The position numbers were made by a program, and so were the translations under genes. From an uncultured Gammaproteobacteria bacterium (lineage in GTDB: Bacteria; Patescibacteriota; Microgenomatia; UBA10105; UBA927), in the NCBI GenBank assembly GCA_964449585.1, contig CAYUZE010000002.1:52833-116832 (forward strand): a stretch of DNA of 64,000 nucleotides. The letters are read 5' to 3'. Positions within the stretch are counted from its first letter, which is position 1. Each line of letters starts with the position of its first letter. The notes below the pieces were generated by a model. That model was not told the DNA's origin. It ran no database searches and worked only from the letters and a program-made list of their open reading frames with translations. Below, in pieces: positions 40,073 to 50,091 of the stretch.

Positions 40073-42916
40073 ATGGCAAAATTACGCAAAGATAATTTTC
40101 AGGAAAAGCTGGATATACCTGCCAGCGAGCACGATGTGCTGTCGTTTTGGGATGAATCCCATGCCTTTGAGCGTTCCGTTTCCGAACGCCCCGAAGACAA
40201 ACGGTACGTATTTTATGACGGCCCTCCCTTTGCCACCGGACTTCCTCACTACGGTCACATATTAGCTTCGACGATCAAAGACGTCATTCCGCGATACTGG
40301 ACGATGAAAGGATATCGGGTCGATCGGGTATGGGGATGGGATTGTCATGGGATTCCCATCGAGAACATGATCGAAAAAGAACTCGGCCTTGTCGGCGGCA
40401 AAAAAGGTATCGAAGCGATGGGGATCGATAAGTTCAACGCCGCATGCAGATCGGCCATTCTCCGTTTTGATACGGAATGGGAAAAAGTCATCCGCAGAAT
40501 CGGCAGATGGGTGGACTTTAAGCATTCCTATAAAACCATGGACGCGACGTTCATGGAATCCGTCTGGTGGGCGTTTAAGGAACTCACCAAAAAAGATCTG
40601 GTGTATGAGGGACGAAAAGTTATCCTGTATTGCCCGCGGTGTGCCACCCCGCTTTCTAACTTTGAAATTGCCATGGATAACAGTTACAAGGACATGAACG
40701 GTCCTTCCACCACCTACAAATATAAAGTGATCGGAGAAGAAAATACGTACTTACTCGCATGGTCAACAACCCCGTGGAATAAACTTGCCACTCCCGCGCT
40801 TGCCGTTAATCCGACCATGAAATACGTTAAAGTCAAACAAAAAGGGGAACAGTACATCTTGGCGGAAAGCACGCTGGGGATGTTGGACAATGATCCGTAT
40901 GAAGTTGTCGGGCACTACACGGGTGAGGATCTGGAAAAGCTTACGTTTGAGTTGCATTATGACTTTTATCCCCGGAAAGCCGGAGAACGCGCGGGAGTCG
41001 TGGTTGCCGATCCGTATGTTGCCGATGCGGAAGGCACGGGTATCGTCACGCTTGCCGTGTATGGCGAAGACGATTACCGCGTCATGACCAAGCATCATAT
41101 TCAGCTCGTCGAGCATGTCGATAGCGAAGGGAAAATGAAGCCCGAAGTGACTCCCTGGGCGGGGATGTTTATGCTCAAAGTAAATCCGCTGGTCAATGAG
41201 GATTTGGCAAAACGCGGTCTTATCTACCGCAATGAAGATCGACTCCACAGTGTTCCCGTGTGTTACCGCTGTGAGACGCGGCTGTATCATGCGCCCGTAC
41301 CCGCATGGTTTATCGATATCGCAAAACTCAAGGAAAAACTGATTGCGCAAAACGAGCAAATCAACTGGTACCCGGGACACTTAAAGCACGGACGTTTCGG
41401 CAAAGGATTGGAAACCGCACCGGATTGGAACATATCCCGTTCACGCTACTGGGGAACTCCGATGCCCGTTTGGGTGGACCCCGTGACCAATACCACCCGT
41501 GTCATCGGATCGCTCGAAGAACTGCGTACTTGGGCGGTCGATACCGACAAAGCAAATGCACTCACCGATATCCATCGGGAATTTCTGGATGACTTGGAAG
41601 TATGGGTGGATGACGCAAAGACGATCAAAGGCAAACGGATCCCCGAAGTCTTTGACTGTTGGGTGGAAAGCGGCAGTATGCCGTATGCTTCGCTTCACTA
41701 TCCGTTTGAGCACAAGAAAGAATTTGAAAGCGCACATCCTGCGCAATTTATCGCCGAATATATCGCACAGACACGCGCATGGTTTTATACGCTTCATGTG
41801 ATGTCGGTCGGGCTTTTCGGTACCCATACGTTTGAAAATGCGGTGACCACGGGAACGATCCTTGCCGAAGACGGCACGAAGATGAGTAAGTCCAAAAAGA
41901 ATTATCCGGATCCGTCGCTCCTTTTTGAAAAATACGGTGTCGATGCTCTGCGGTTTTACCTCATGGCGTCGGTTGTCATGAAAGCAGAGAACCTGAACTT
42001 TTCCGAAGACGGGGTAAAGGAAGTGTATCAGAAGGTTGTTTCGACCCTATGGAATGTGGTGAGTTTTTATAAACTGTATGTGAAAACGGCGGCGCCGACG
42101 GTTGCCCCCGTGCCCGTACACGTGCTCGACAAATGGATCATGAGCAAGCTTAATCGGCTTATCAGCGATACCACCGCATCGATGGACGGGTATGATACGA
42201 CGCTGACCTGCCGACTATTACTTGCGTTTATTACCGAACTGTCGACGTGGTATTTACGAAGAAGCAGAGCGCGACTGCAAACCGATACGACAGGGCAGGA
42301 AGTATTCGGTTGGGTGCTCGTCAACCTCGTGCGCCTCATGGCACCGGTAACGCCGTTTATCACCGAACTTATCTACCAAAACCTTGTTGACGGAGACGAA
42401 TCGGTACATCTTGCGTCCTGGCCGGTAGCTGATACGCCATTTATTGATGATTCCCTTGAGGAACAGATGACGTTTGTACAGACCATTGCGGAACTCGGCA
42501 ACGCCAAACGCAAGGAGCTCGGCATCCCGATACGGCAACCGCTGGCAAAGATTACGGTTTCATCCGCAACCCATACCGATTTAACGAGTGAGCTTATCTC
42601 GGTATTCCTTGAGGAACTTAACATAAAAACCGGTGAAGTAGTAAAAACCGACAAAGAACTTTCGGTGGCCGTGGACTCAACAATAACGCCGGAACTCAAG
42701 GCGGAGGGAGACAAACGAAAACTCGTCCGTGAGATTCAAATGCTAAGAAAAACGAAAGGTTGTAAAATAGACGAGAGGGTATCGCTGGTGCTTTCGAAAG
42801 AATATCAATCATTGCCCGAAACACTTCTTGAAGAAGTCAAAAACGACACGTTAGCAACCGACATCACATGGGGAGAAACTACGGACATAGTTACCGCGAC
42901 GCAGAGTACCACATAG
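40073..42916 (+). CDS. ileS: Isoleucine--tRNA ligase, type 2 (eukaryote-like)
   Basis: YDGPPFATGLPHYGH, GWDCHG, DWNISRSRYWG, KMSKS; start placed after the T-box terminator. Confidence 0.96.
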   Translation: MAKLRKDNFQEKLDIPASEHDVLSFWDESHAFERSVSERPEDKRYVFYDGPPFATGLPHYGHILASTIKDVIPRYWTMKGYRVDRVWGWDCHGIPIENMIEKELGLVGGKKGIEAMGIDKFNAACRSAILRFDTEWEKVIRRIGRWVDFKHSYKTMDATFMESVWWAFKELTKKDLVYEGRKVILYCPRCATPLSNFEIAMDNSYKDMNGPSTTYKYKVIGEENTYLLAWSTTPWNKLATPALAVNPTMKYVKVKQKGEQYILAESTLGMLDNDPYEVVGHYTGEDLEKLTFELHYDFYPRKAGERAGVVVADPYVADAEGTGIVTLAVYGEDDYRVMTKHHIQLVEHVDSEGKMKPEVTPWAGMFMLKVNPLVNEDLAKRGLIYRNEDRLHSVPVCYRCETRLYHAPVPAWFIDIAKLKEKLIAQNEQINWYPGHLKHGRFGKGLETAPDWNISRSRYWGTPMPVWVDPVTNTTRVIGSLEELRTWAVDTDKANALTDIHREFLDDLEVWVDDAKTIKGKRIPEVFDCWVESGSMPYASLHYPFEHKKEFESAHPAQFIAEYIAQTRAWFYTLHVMSVGLFGTHTFENAVTTGTILAEDGTKMSKSKKNYPDPSLLFEKYGVDALRFYLMASVVMKAENLNFSEDGVKEVYQKVVSTLWNVVSFYKLYVKTAAPTVAPVPVHVLDKWIMSKLNRLISDTTASMDGYDTTLTCRLLLAFITELSTWYLRRSRARLQTDTTGQEVFGWVLVNLVRLMAPVTPFITELIYQNLVDGDESVHLASWPVADTPFIDDSLEEQMTFVQTIAELGNAKRKELGIPIRQPLAKITVSSATHTDLTSELISVFLEELNIKTGEVVKTDKELSVAVDSTITPELKAEGDKRKLVREIQMLRKTKGCKIDERVSLVLSKEYQSLPETLLEEVKNDTLATDITWGETTDIVTATQSTT

Positions 42917-43974
42917 ACTGGGTTGTCCTCTTGTCGCTGGTACTTTTGGGGCTTATCGGGCTTTTTAGCCTCATTACCACCAATGTCGGTCTGTTTTGGC
43001 AACAACTTTTCTTCCTTATTTTCGGCGGTGTGCTCATGTACGTCACTTCCAAACTCGATCCGATACTGCTTTGGTGGTTCGCACCCTACGGGTATGTGCT
43101 ATCGATCATCCTTCTGATCGCTTCATACTTCGGTGAGCCGATTCGCGGCTCGTCGCGGTGGATTTTCATATTCGGCATGCAACTGCAACCGTCGGAAGTT
43201 GTCAAACCGCTCGTGATTTTGTCGTTTGCCCGCATGGCGGTGATGTTTTCTCCCCGCATATGGCGATCGTTGCCGCTTCATCTGTTGGTATTCGGTATTC
43301 CGTTCCTTCTTGTTTTTCGGCAACCTGATTTAGGGACATCGCTTGTCTATGCCGCTTCTTGGGTGGCAATGCTTGTTGCAGGAGGATTTCCGTTAATCCT
43401 CTTCGGTTTGGGAGGATTGATCGGGATCATCGGCTTCCCGCTTTTCTGGAAAGCACTTGCCGCATATCAGAAAGCCCGGATTTTTACCTTCTTAAACCCT
43501 GCCACCGACCCCCAGGGTGCGGGCTACAATGCGTTGCAGGCCATGATAGCGGTAGGGAGCGGCCAACTCTTCGGCAGGGGACTCGGCATGGGCACGCAAA
43601 GTCATCTGCGTTTTCTTCCCGAGTATCATACGGATTTTATTTTTGCCACCCTCATTGAAGAACTCGGATTCGTGGGCGGGTGTATCCTGCTTTTTCTCTA
43701 CGCCGTCCTCTTGTGGCAACTTATCCGACCCTATGTGAAGGGCAGGATCGGCAACCCGTTTGTCTTTTTTTACACCATAGGACTTTTTGGGGTGTTGCTG
43801 ACGCAAGTCGTCATTAACGCGGGTATGAACATGGGGATTATCCCCGTTACGGGTATTACTCTGCCGTTCGTTTCCTACGGGGGAAGCTCGATTTTGTCGC
43901 TTTGCATAGCCTTCGGATTCCTCCTGGCGCTTCGCCGACAGGGCGAAGATAACGGGAGCATTGCAATTGGATAG
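42868..43974 (+). CDS. rodA: SEDS protein RodA
   Basis: GSSRWI, QPSE, QPDLGT, FLPEYHTDF, TGITLPFVSYGGSS. Confidence 0.9.
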   Translation: MGRNYGHSYRDAEYHIDWVVLLSLVLLGLIGLFSLITTNVGLFWQQLFFLIFGGVLMYVTSKLDPILLWWFAPYGYVLSIILLIASYFGEPIRGSSRWIFIFGMQLQPSEVVKPLVILSFARMAVMFSPRIWRSLPLHLLVFGIPFLLVFRQPDLGTSLVYAASWVAMLVAGGFPLILFGLGGLIGIIGFPLFWKALAAYQKARIFTFLNPATDPQGAGYNALQAMIAVGSGQLFGRGLGMGTQSHLRFLPEYHTDFIFATLIEELGFVGGCILLFLYAVLLWQLIRPYVKGRIGNPFVFFYTIGLFGVLLTQVVINAGMNMGIIPVTGITLPFVSYGGSSILSLCIAFGFLLALRRQGEDNGSIAIG

Positions 43975-43998
43975 GCTGAAGCTATATAATATGTACCT

Positions 43999-44307
43999 AT
44001 GTTCGCTATTGTAAGAATCGGTAACAAACAATATAAGGTCAGTGAGAAGTCGGTTATCACCGTCGATAAGATTGACGGCAAAGCCGGCGACAAAGTCGAA
44101 TTCACCGACGTCCTTCTCGTACAGGACGGTAAAAAGGTTCAAGTCGGCAAGCCCACGGTTAGCGGTGCGAAAGTGACTGCAACCATTATTGCCCAGGAAA
44201 AAGGCGAAAAGATCGATATCCACCGCTTTAAGTCTAAGGTGCGATACCGACGTGCGCGAGGATTCCGTGCACAGTTGACCAGGCTTGAGGTGACGGCAGT
44301 CGCCTGA
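43999..44307 (+). CDS. rplU: 50S ribosomal protein L21
   Basis: MFAIVRIGNKQYKV, GFRAQLT. Confidence 0.96.
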   Translation: MFAIVRIGNKQYKVSEKSVITVDKIDGKAGDKVEFTDVLLVQDGKKVQVGKPTVSGAKVTATIIAQEKGEKIDIHRFKSKVRYRRARGFRAQLTRLEVTAVA

Positions 44308-44310
44308 TGC

Positions 44311-45462
44311 ATGAAACAAACCCTCTTTATTTTTGGAAGAACTCCCGACTTGTCTTTTTTGGAGTTGTCGTCGTTGTATCCGACCGCAAGCCTCATCGCG
44401 CCCGGTATTGCGAGTGTCCCTGATTTTTCCGACAATCCCGCCGACATCATGCAACGACTCGGAGGAACGGTCAAAATCGTGACGGCAAATGATGAAATCG
44501 AGGAGTATTCGGAAGATCTCCTCGTATCGGTCCTTCTTGAAGAAACCCGCGATAATCATATAACGTTCGGTATCAGTGCCTACGGTACGCAGGTGTCTCA
44601 TGGTCTTACGGCCGCCGTAAAGAAACGATTAACCGAACGGGGAATCATAGCCCGCTATGTCGAGACGAAACACGATGAGGCACTCTCGAGTGTCGTTGTC
44701 GCCAAACAACAGGTGGTTGAGCTGGTGATTATAAAAGTCGGGAAACAAAATCGCATCGGGGTAACCCGGGCGGTACAGGATTTTGAAGACTGGAATAAGC
44801 GGGATTTCGGCAGACCTGCCGTTGATCCCAAGGCGGGAATGTTACCCCCGAAGGTTGCCCGAATGATCGTCAATATCGCAATAGCCGCGCATGATTCTTC
44901 TCATACGACTATGCTTCTGGATCCGTTTTGCGGCGTGGGAACGGTTCTTGCCGAAGCATTGTTGCGGGGATCAAACGTCGTGGGGTGCGACATTTCCGAA
45001 GATGCCGTCGGTCACACCAAGAAAAATCTTGAATGGCTCCGCAAAAATTACCCGGTGGCATCACCGCTCTATGCCAACGTATTTGTCGGCGACGCAACAC
45101 ATATATCCAAACATGTCGCGCCGGCAAGTATTGATGCGATAGTCACCGAACCGTTTATGGGGGAACCCGTGGATACCAAAAACATCGCCGTTCTCACTCC
45201 CGAGCGAGTTAAAAATGTGCTGAAAGGACTTGAGAAACTCTATATCGGCGCACTCAAAGATTGGGCACTGGTAATGAAAAAAGGCGGCAGAATTGTGATG
45301 GCTATGCCTGCATATGCAACCCAGCGCGCGGTGATGCGCGTGAAAAATGTTGTTGACAGATGTGAAAGCCTCGGATATACTCTCATGGCTGGACCTATAG
45401 AATATAGCCGTCCGCAAGCAGTCGTAAAACGCGAGTTTTACGTTTTTCAAAAGAGTAAGTAA
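44311..45462 (+). CDS. Trm11/TrmG10-like SAM-dependent RNA methyltransferase
   Basis: GMLPPKVARM, LDPFCGVGT, DAT, IVTEP. Confidence 0.75.
   Translation: MKQTLFIFGRTPDLSFLELSSLYPTASLIAPGIASVPDFSDNPADIMQRLGGTVKIVTANDEIEEYSEDLLVSVLLEETRDNHITFGISAYGTQVSHGLTAAVKKRLTERGIIARYVETKHDEALSSVVVAKQQVVELVIIKVGKQNRIGVTRAVQDFEDWNKRDFGRPAVDPKAGMLPPKVARMIVNIAIAAHDSSHTTMLLDPFCGVGTVLAEALLRGSNVVGCDISEDAVGHTKKNLEWLRKNYPVASPLYANVFVGDATHISKHVAPASIDAIVTEPFMGEPVDTKNIAVLTPERVKNVLKGLEKLYIGALKDWALVMKKGGRIVMAMPAYATQRAVMRVKNVVDRCESLGYTLMAGPIEYSRPQAVVKREFYVFQKSK
45353..45381 (+). promoter_or_regulatory. Internal promoter for rpmA-parB
   Basis: TTGACA (45353-45358), 17 bp, TATACT (45376-45381). Confidence 0.7.
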
Positions 45463-45509
45463 TCGGGTTTTTCGGTGGTGATTTTACAAATTAGTTTGTT
45501 AAAAGTTAT

Positions 45510-45770
45510 ATGGCACACGTAAAAGCAGGCGGTACCGCAAAAGGCAACAAAGATTCAATTTCGAAGCGTCTAGGCGTGAAGATTTATGGCGGCCAGAATT
45601 GTATTTCCGGCAACGTCATCGTCCGACAGAAGGGGACGAAGTTCTATCCGGGCAACGGCACAGACATGGGAAAAGATTATACGATCTTTGCCACAATGTC
45701 TGGCGTGGTTTCTTTTATCACAAAACGTGGTAAACGGTACGTGTCGGTCTTGCCCTCGCACGAAAAATAA
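45510..45770 (+). CDS. rpmA: 50S ribosomal protein L27
   Basis: MAHVKAGG..NKDS..KRLGVK, RQKGTKF. Confidence 0.96.
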   Translation: MAHVKAGGTAKGNKDSISKRLGVKIYGGQNCISGNVIVRQKGTKFYPGNGTDMGKDYTIFATMSGVVSFITKRGKRYVSVLPSHEK

Positions 45771-46583
45771 ATGGCAGACACCCAACAGATCCTTCATTTA
45801 GACCTGGACTTATTGCAACCGAACCCGCTCCAGCCGCGGGGACTTATCGCTCCCGACCTCCTTGCTGACCTCGTCGATTCCATCAAAGAACACGGCATTA
45901 TCGAACCGCTCGTTGTGGCTAAGACACCTGCGGGATATCAGATCATTGCGGGAGAACGCCGCTGGCGAGCTTCAAAAATTGCCGGTCTTACCACGGTACC
46001 GGTGCTTATCAAGGAAACATCCGCCAAGGGGATGCTTGAAATGGCCATCGTGGAAAACGTGCAACGGGTTGATCTTAATCCGATCGATCGTGCGCTTGCG
46101 TTCCAACGATTAATCGAGGAATTCGGTCTTTCCGTAACCAGTATCGCCAAACGCATCGGGAAAAGCGAATCGTACGTTTCTAACACCATGCGCCTTTTGG
46201 CGCTTCCTGACGCAATCAAAGACGGACTCGTATCAAATGCCATCAGCGAAGGGCATGCCCGGGCGATTGCCGGCTTAAATGACGTCAAGCTCATGGTGGA
46301 CGCATACAAGACAATCCTTGCCGAGAGTGCGTCGGTGCGTCGAGCGGAAGACCTTGCCCGTCGCATGAAGGCAAAAAGCGAACAGTCACCCGCACATAAG
46401 ATCGAACGCATCCATAGTGATGACCTGGATTCCATTGCCCGTGACCTGGCGCAGTCGGTGAACGGACTGGTAAAGATCACCCAATCCAAAGTCGAAGCGC
46501 GCGTTGTGTTTGTGATTCGCGGTAACCTCGAAACCACAAGCCAAGCATTGAAGCACATGCACGAGAAAATGAGCGACAAATAA
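45771..46583 (+). CDS. parB: ParB/Spo0J partition protein
   Basis: PNPLQPR, GERRWRA, ENVQR, HTH, ISEGHAR. Confidence 0.93.
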   Translation: MADTQQILHLDLDLLQPNPLQPRGLIAPDLLADLVDSIKEHGIIEPLVVAKTPAGYQIIAGERRWRASKIAGLTTVPVLIKETSAKGMLEMAIVENVQRVDLNPIDRALAFQRLIEEFGLSVTSIAKRIGKSESYVSNTMRLLALPDAIKDGLVSNAISEGHARAIAGLNDVKLMVDAYKTILAESASVRRAEDLARRMKAKSEQSPAHKIERIHSDDLDSIARDLAQSVNGLVKITQSKVEARVVFVIRGNLETTSQALKHMHEKMSDK

Positions 46584-46623
46584 GCGATAATTCCCCGTCG
46601 CGAAAGAAAAGCAATTTCCCTTT

Positions 46624-47187
46624 TTAGAAGTCGTAGGTGGGGTGCGGGATAATACCTGCCGAGTTGGTCGGCCAATAGCGGAGGAGTGCTTTGCCGATGA
46701 AATCGTATTTGGATACCGGACCGAATTCGCGCGAATCGGAACTTCCCGGTCGATTGTCTCCGCTGACAAAATAGAACCCTTCCGGAACGACAATTTCGAC
46801 CCCTTCCTGCAAAAACGATCCGCCATAGACGGGCTTATTGTAGTTGTAGCGCTCCTCAAGAAGTTTCCCATTTATATAAAATTTCTGATCCTTGAGCATG
46901 ACCGTTTCACCGGGTAATCCGATCACGCGCTTAATATAATCGATGTCTTTGTTGGTGGGGGATTTAAATATGACGATATCACCGCGGGCGGGATTGGTCA
47001 TTTTGTATGCGATTTTATTGGTGAGGATATAGTCGCCGTTATGGAAATTCGGCTCCATGGAATGTCCGCTTACTTCCTGTGGGGACATGACAAACAGATA
47101 AATCATAACCATGACCGCGGCGATAGCCACAATCCCTTGGAGGAAATCAAAAAAACCCGCAATCATCTTTCCGAGCCATTTCAACAT
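46624..47187 (-). CDS. lepB: Signal peptidase I
   Basis: SMEPN, YIKRVIGLPG, GDNR..S.DSR. Confidence 0.95.
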   Translation of the reverse strand: MLKWLGKMIAGFFDFLQGIVAIAAVMVMIYLFVMSPQEVSGHSMEPNFHNGDYILTNKIAYKMTNPARGDIVIFKSPTNKDIDYIKRVIGLPGETVMLKDQKFYINGKLLEERYNYNKPVYGGSFLQEGVEIVVPEGFYFVSGDNRPGSSDSREFGPVSKYDFIGKALLRYWPTNSAGIIPHPTYDF

Positions 47188-47294
47188 ATCTGTTTCCCAG
47201 TGTAGAGCACTCCTGGGAGGTGGTCAAGCGGGGGAAAAGCGGGTATAATAGGGGTGAATACCGGGAAGGAAACATGCAAATTCCTACCGGGAAT

Positions 47295-47371
47295 GGACCC
47301 GTAGCTCAGCTGGCTAGAGCGTTTCATTGACATTGAAAAGGTCAGAGGTTCAAGTCCTCTCGGGTCCACCA
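47295..47371 (+). tRNA. tRNA-Val(GAC)
   Basis: Cloverleaf GGACCCG/CGGGTCC, anticodon loop TTGACAT, TTCAAGT T-loop, encoded CCA. Confidence 0.97.
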
Positions 47372-47461
47372 GTATGTGTTCGTATTCCCGTTATTGCCGC
47401 GAGCATCACGAGGAATCCCATAGTTTGATTTTTTCCTCCGATTTGTGTATATTTACACCCT

Positions 47462-47893
47462 ATGGCACGTATAGAGCGATTCAACGTCCAAGAAGAAGCC
47501 GCAGTGCGTGAGCTCGTCGCCCGGGCTGAGCGGTCGTTTGATCCGATGGTTTTTTCCGACATGCTGACAGAAGTCTCGAAACAATTTCGCAAACATCCTC
47601 TGCGGTTTGTGGAAGGTGAGCTTCGACGGTTGAAGAGCGGATTGTTCCTCATAGCAAATCCTATGACCCCCGATATACGCAAGCATTACGATGCTACGAT
47701 GCCGCACACCGGTAACACGCAATATCCGTTTGGATTGGCATATTTTATGGGTGAATCGGATATGTGGCATGCGCAATTGCAGGCATACGGTGCAACACCC
47801 GCGCTCAATGAAGAACGGCTTGATAGCACGGGATTCCTCACCGTAAAACGCGGATCAGCACTCGCCCGATGGGCACAAGCGGGATATAACTAA
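47462..47893 (+). CDS. Hypothetical protein
   Basis: 143-aa ORF with -10 element 8 nt upstream. Confidence 0.6.
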   Translation: MARIERFNVQEEAAVRELVARAERSFDPMVFSDMLTEVSKQFRKHPLRFVEGELRRLKSGLFLIANPMTPDIRKHYDATMPHTGNTQYPFGLAYFMGESDMWHAQLQAYGATPALNEERLDSTGFLTVKRGSALARWAQAGYN

Positions 47894-47955
47894 GTTGTAC
47901 TCCTCTTTTTTTGAACTCGTTACCCCAATCATCATATAATGCCTGTGGGTGGTTT

Positions 47956-48621
47956 ATGAAAAATTCCCTCGTGACACTTCTTTCGCCTTTTACCGGAAAA
48001 AAGCGTGCCGTGCAGATAACCACGATCATTCTGGTATTTGCCGGGATCGGCTATACGTTATTTTCGCAATACTACCCGATAGCCCAGGTGGTACCGGAGC
48101 AGGGTACACCGACGCCGACAACGCAAATAGCCAGCCCGTCGGCGACGCCGGTGCCAGTCCACGGAGGAGTCTTGGCGACGGTAGTAAGTGTCGTGGACGG
48201 GGATACGATAAAGATTGAGGGAGGTGAGGTGGTGCGCTATATCGGTGTCGATACGCCGGAAACGGTGGCGCCGAATAAACCCGTGCAGTGCTACGGCAAA
48301 GAAGCGAGCGCAAAAAACAAAGAATTGGTGCAGGGAAAGGTTGTCGAACTGGTTCGTGACGTATCGCAACGGGATAAATTCGGCAGGTTGCTTCGGTATG
48401 TATGGGTAGGGGACGTCATGGTCAATGAATACCTGGTGAAAGAAGGTTATGCACATGTCAGCACATATCCACCTGATGTTTCATATGTCGATACGTTTCT
48501 CGCCGCAGAAAAAAGCGCCCGTGAGGCAAATAAAGGATTATGGAGCGGCGTATGTCCCGTGGCAACCCCGACAATACCGCCGGTTGCTACTTCATCTGCA
48601 ACAATTACTCCTACTCCATAA
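47956..48621 (+). CDS. Membrane-anchored thermonuclease (SNase family)
   Basis: VVDGDTI, RYIGVDTPE, DKFGRLLRYV, KGLW; Pro/Thr linkers. Confidence 0.92.
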   Translation: MKNSLVTLLSPFTGKKRAVQITTIILVFAGIGYTLFSQYYPIAQVVPEQGTPTPTTQIASPSATPVPVHGGVLATVVSVVDGDTIKIEGGEVVRYIGVDTPETVAPNKPVQCYGKEASAKNKELVQGKVVELVRDVSQRDKFGRLLRYVWVGDVMVNEYLVKEGYAHVSTYPPDVSYVDTFLAAEKSAREANKGLWSGVCPVATPTIPPVATSSATITPTP

Positions 48622-48691
48622 AGAGCGCTCCATTGCGCTTTTCATGTATTTTCTGGTATAGTTTTCCGGGTCTGCCCAAAAGTTTCACATC

Positions 48692-49411
48692 ATGGCATTA
48701 TTGATCGAATCATTTGGAGATACTCGTGAGACGGTGCTTTCGCGGGATCGGGTCATTCCCGATCTCAGGTTAAAGCTTCCCGGTTTATTCGGCGAGGAGG
48801 CGCCTCCCAATACGTTAAAAGATCTCTTGGTGAATAATACCGGCACGACGTTCACTCCCCTTAGTACCCACTACCCCATGGATTATGTCGGGGTGTATGC
48901 ACAAACGGGCAGGCGTATGGATCACATATACCATAACGTGCATGAATACTTTGCCGACGGCGGATGGTCGGCACGAGTCGGTGCACAACTTGATGCGATG
49001 CCGAATTTCACGATTGCATGGAATGGGGACAAAGGGCGGCGTGATTCCAGCAGACTTTCGGTGCATTGGATCGGGCATACGCCGAGTATCACGATAAATA
49101 CCGACGATCAAATTGTTGAGGCTGATCTTTTCGGCAGATTTATCGAACCGTTGCCTTTTGTCGAACTCTTCAAAAAACGAGGGAACGGAGAAGATTGGTT
49201 GAGAAGAGCATTTGCAAGATCGGGGGTACGGATGGACGAATTTACGGTAGAACCGGCAAAAAACATTTGGCGCGCCAAATTTGTGCACCAGCGGGAACGA
49301 CGGGAGGCATATGAATTAACGCTTCCGTTGGTGTTGCATACAAATCTTGTTAACGGAGTGCAGAGTCGTTTGGGAAAACGATTTAGTGAGCAAATAGCCG
49401 CAAGAACGTAG
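48692..49411 (+). CDS. Hypothetical protein
   Basis: 239-aa ORF. Confidence 0.6.
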   Translation: MALLIESFGDTRETVLSRDRVIPDLRLKLPGLFGEEAPPNTLKDLLVNNTGTTFTPLSTHYPMDYVGVYAQTGRRMDHIYHNVHEYFADGGWSARVGAQLDAMPNFTIAWNGDKGRRDSSRLSVHWIGHTPSITINTDDQIVEADLFGRFIEPLPFVELFKKRGNGEDWLRRAFARSGVRMDEFTVEPAKNIWRAKFVHQRERREAYELTLPLVLHTNLVNGVQSRLGKRFSEQIAART

Positions 49412-49424
49412 GCAAAGGAGGTAG

Positions 49425-49721
49425 GTGAGTACGCAAATTGCGGAATGCGAACAATACGTGTTTCACGCGCACGGCAAGCGGAACGGTGCCAGAAAGTCCG
49501 AAGCGCTTCTTATTTTTGAAAGTCCTCTCGACGATAAAGGAGCATTCTTCATGGTACAGACAACCGACGGCGAGGAGAGGGCATCGTATGTTTCTCAAAA
49601 AACAGGATGGGAGGCAATGTGTGATATGCGGGCAAATATCACCGATATTCGGTTCACCAGAGTTTCGCGTACTCCTCAGTCCGATCGACCGGGTCCACGG
49701 CTGATTCTCCTTGCTGAGTAA
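49425..49721 (+). CDS. Hypothetical protein
   Basis: AAGGAGG SD and GTG start. Confidence 0.5.
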   Translation: MSTQIAECEQYVFHAHGKRNGARKSEALLIFESPLDDKGAFFMVQTTDGEERASYVSQKTGWEAMCDMRANITDIRFTRVSRTPQSDRPGPRLILLAE

Positions 49722-49776
49722 CCGCTTTGCCTTGTAAATACGCGCTAAAGTACGAATTTTACGGTATAATTCATCC

Positions 49777-50019
49777 ATGACAGAAGCCAAGTGGAAGATC
49801 GATATATATGGCTACAAAATCAGTGACGCGACGACTACGGTCACTGAAGCGTTAGAAAAGGCGGGACTTGCGTTTGAGTTTCATAATATGAGCTCGGAGG
49901 CTCCGGTCATACAGGCCGTGGCAAAAAATGGCTACCATAGACGGGCATACCGAAACGCCCCGTATCTATCTGCGCCGTGGGGTCTGGCCGAACATGGAAA
50001 TGAAAGCGGTACTTTTTAA
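49777..50019 (+). CDS. Hypothetical protein
   Basis: TATAAT 6 nt before ATG. Confidence 0.5.
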   Translation: MTEAKWKIDIYGYKISDATTTVTEALEKAGLAFEFHNMSSEAPVIQAVAKNGYHRRAYRNAPYLSAPWGLAEHGNESGTF

Positions 50020-50091
50020 TCCTTCAAGAGTAGCGCTACAAACAATGTTGAAATATCACGAGGTAAAATAGCGGTTCATTTTGCCATCGAA

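Noticed and set aside
43492-44601. Long antisense ORFs (also 14858-15709, 24976-25743, 62330-63310)
   Set aside because: Shadows of well-supported genes on the opposite strand, with no recognisable motifs
49690-49698. attR copy of the tRNA-Val 3' end (CGGGTCCAC)
   Set aside because: Only 9 bp, lies inside an ORF, and no integrase is present
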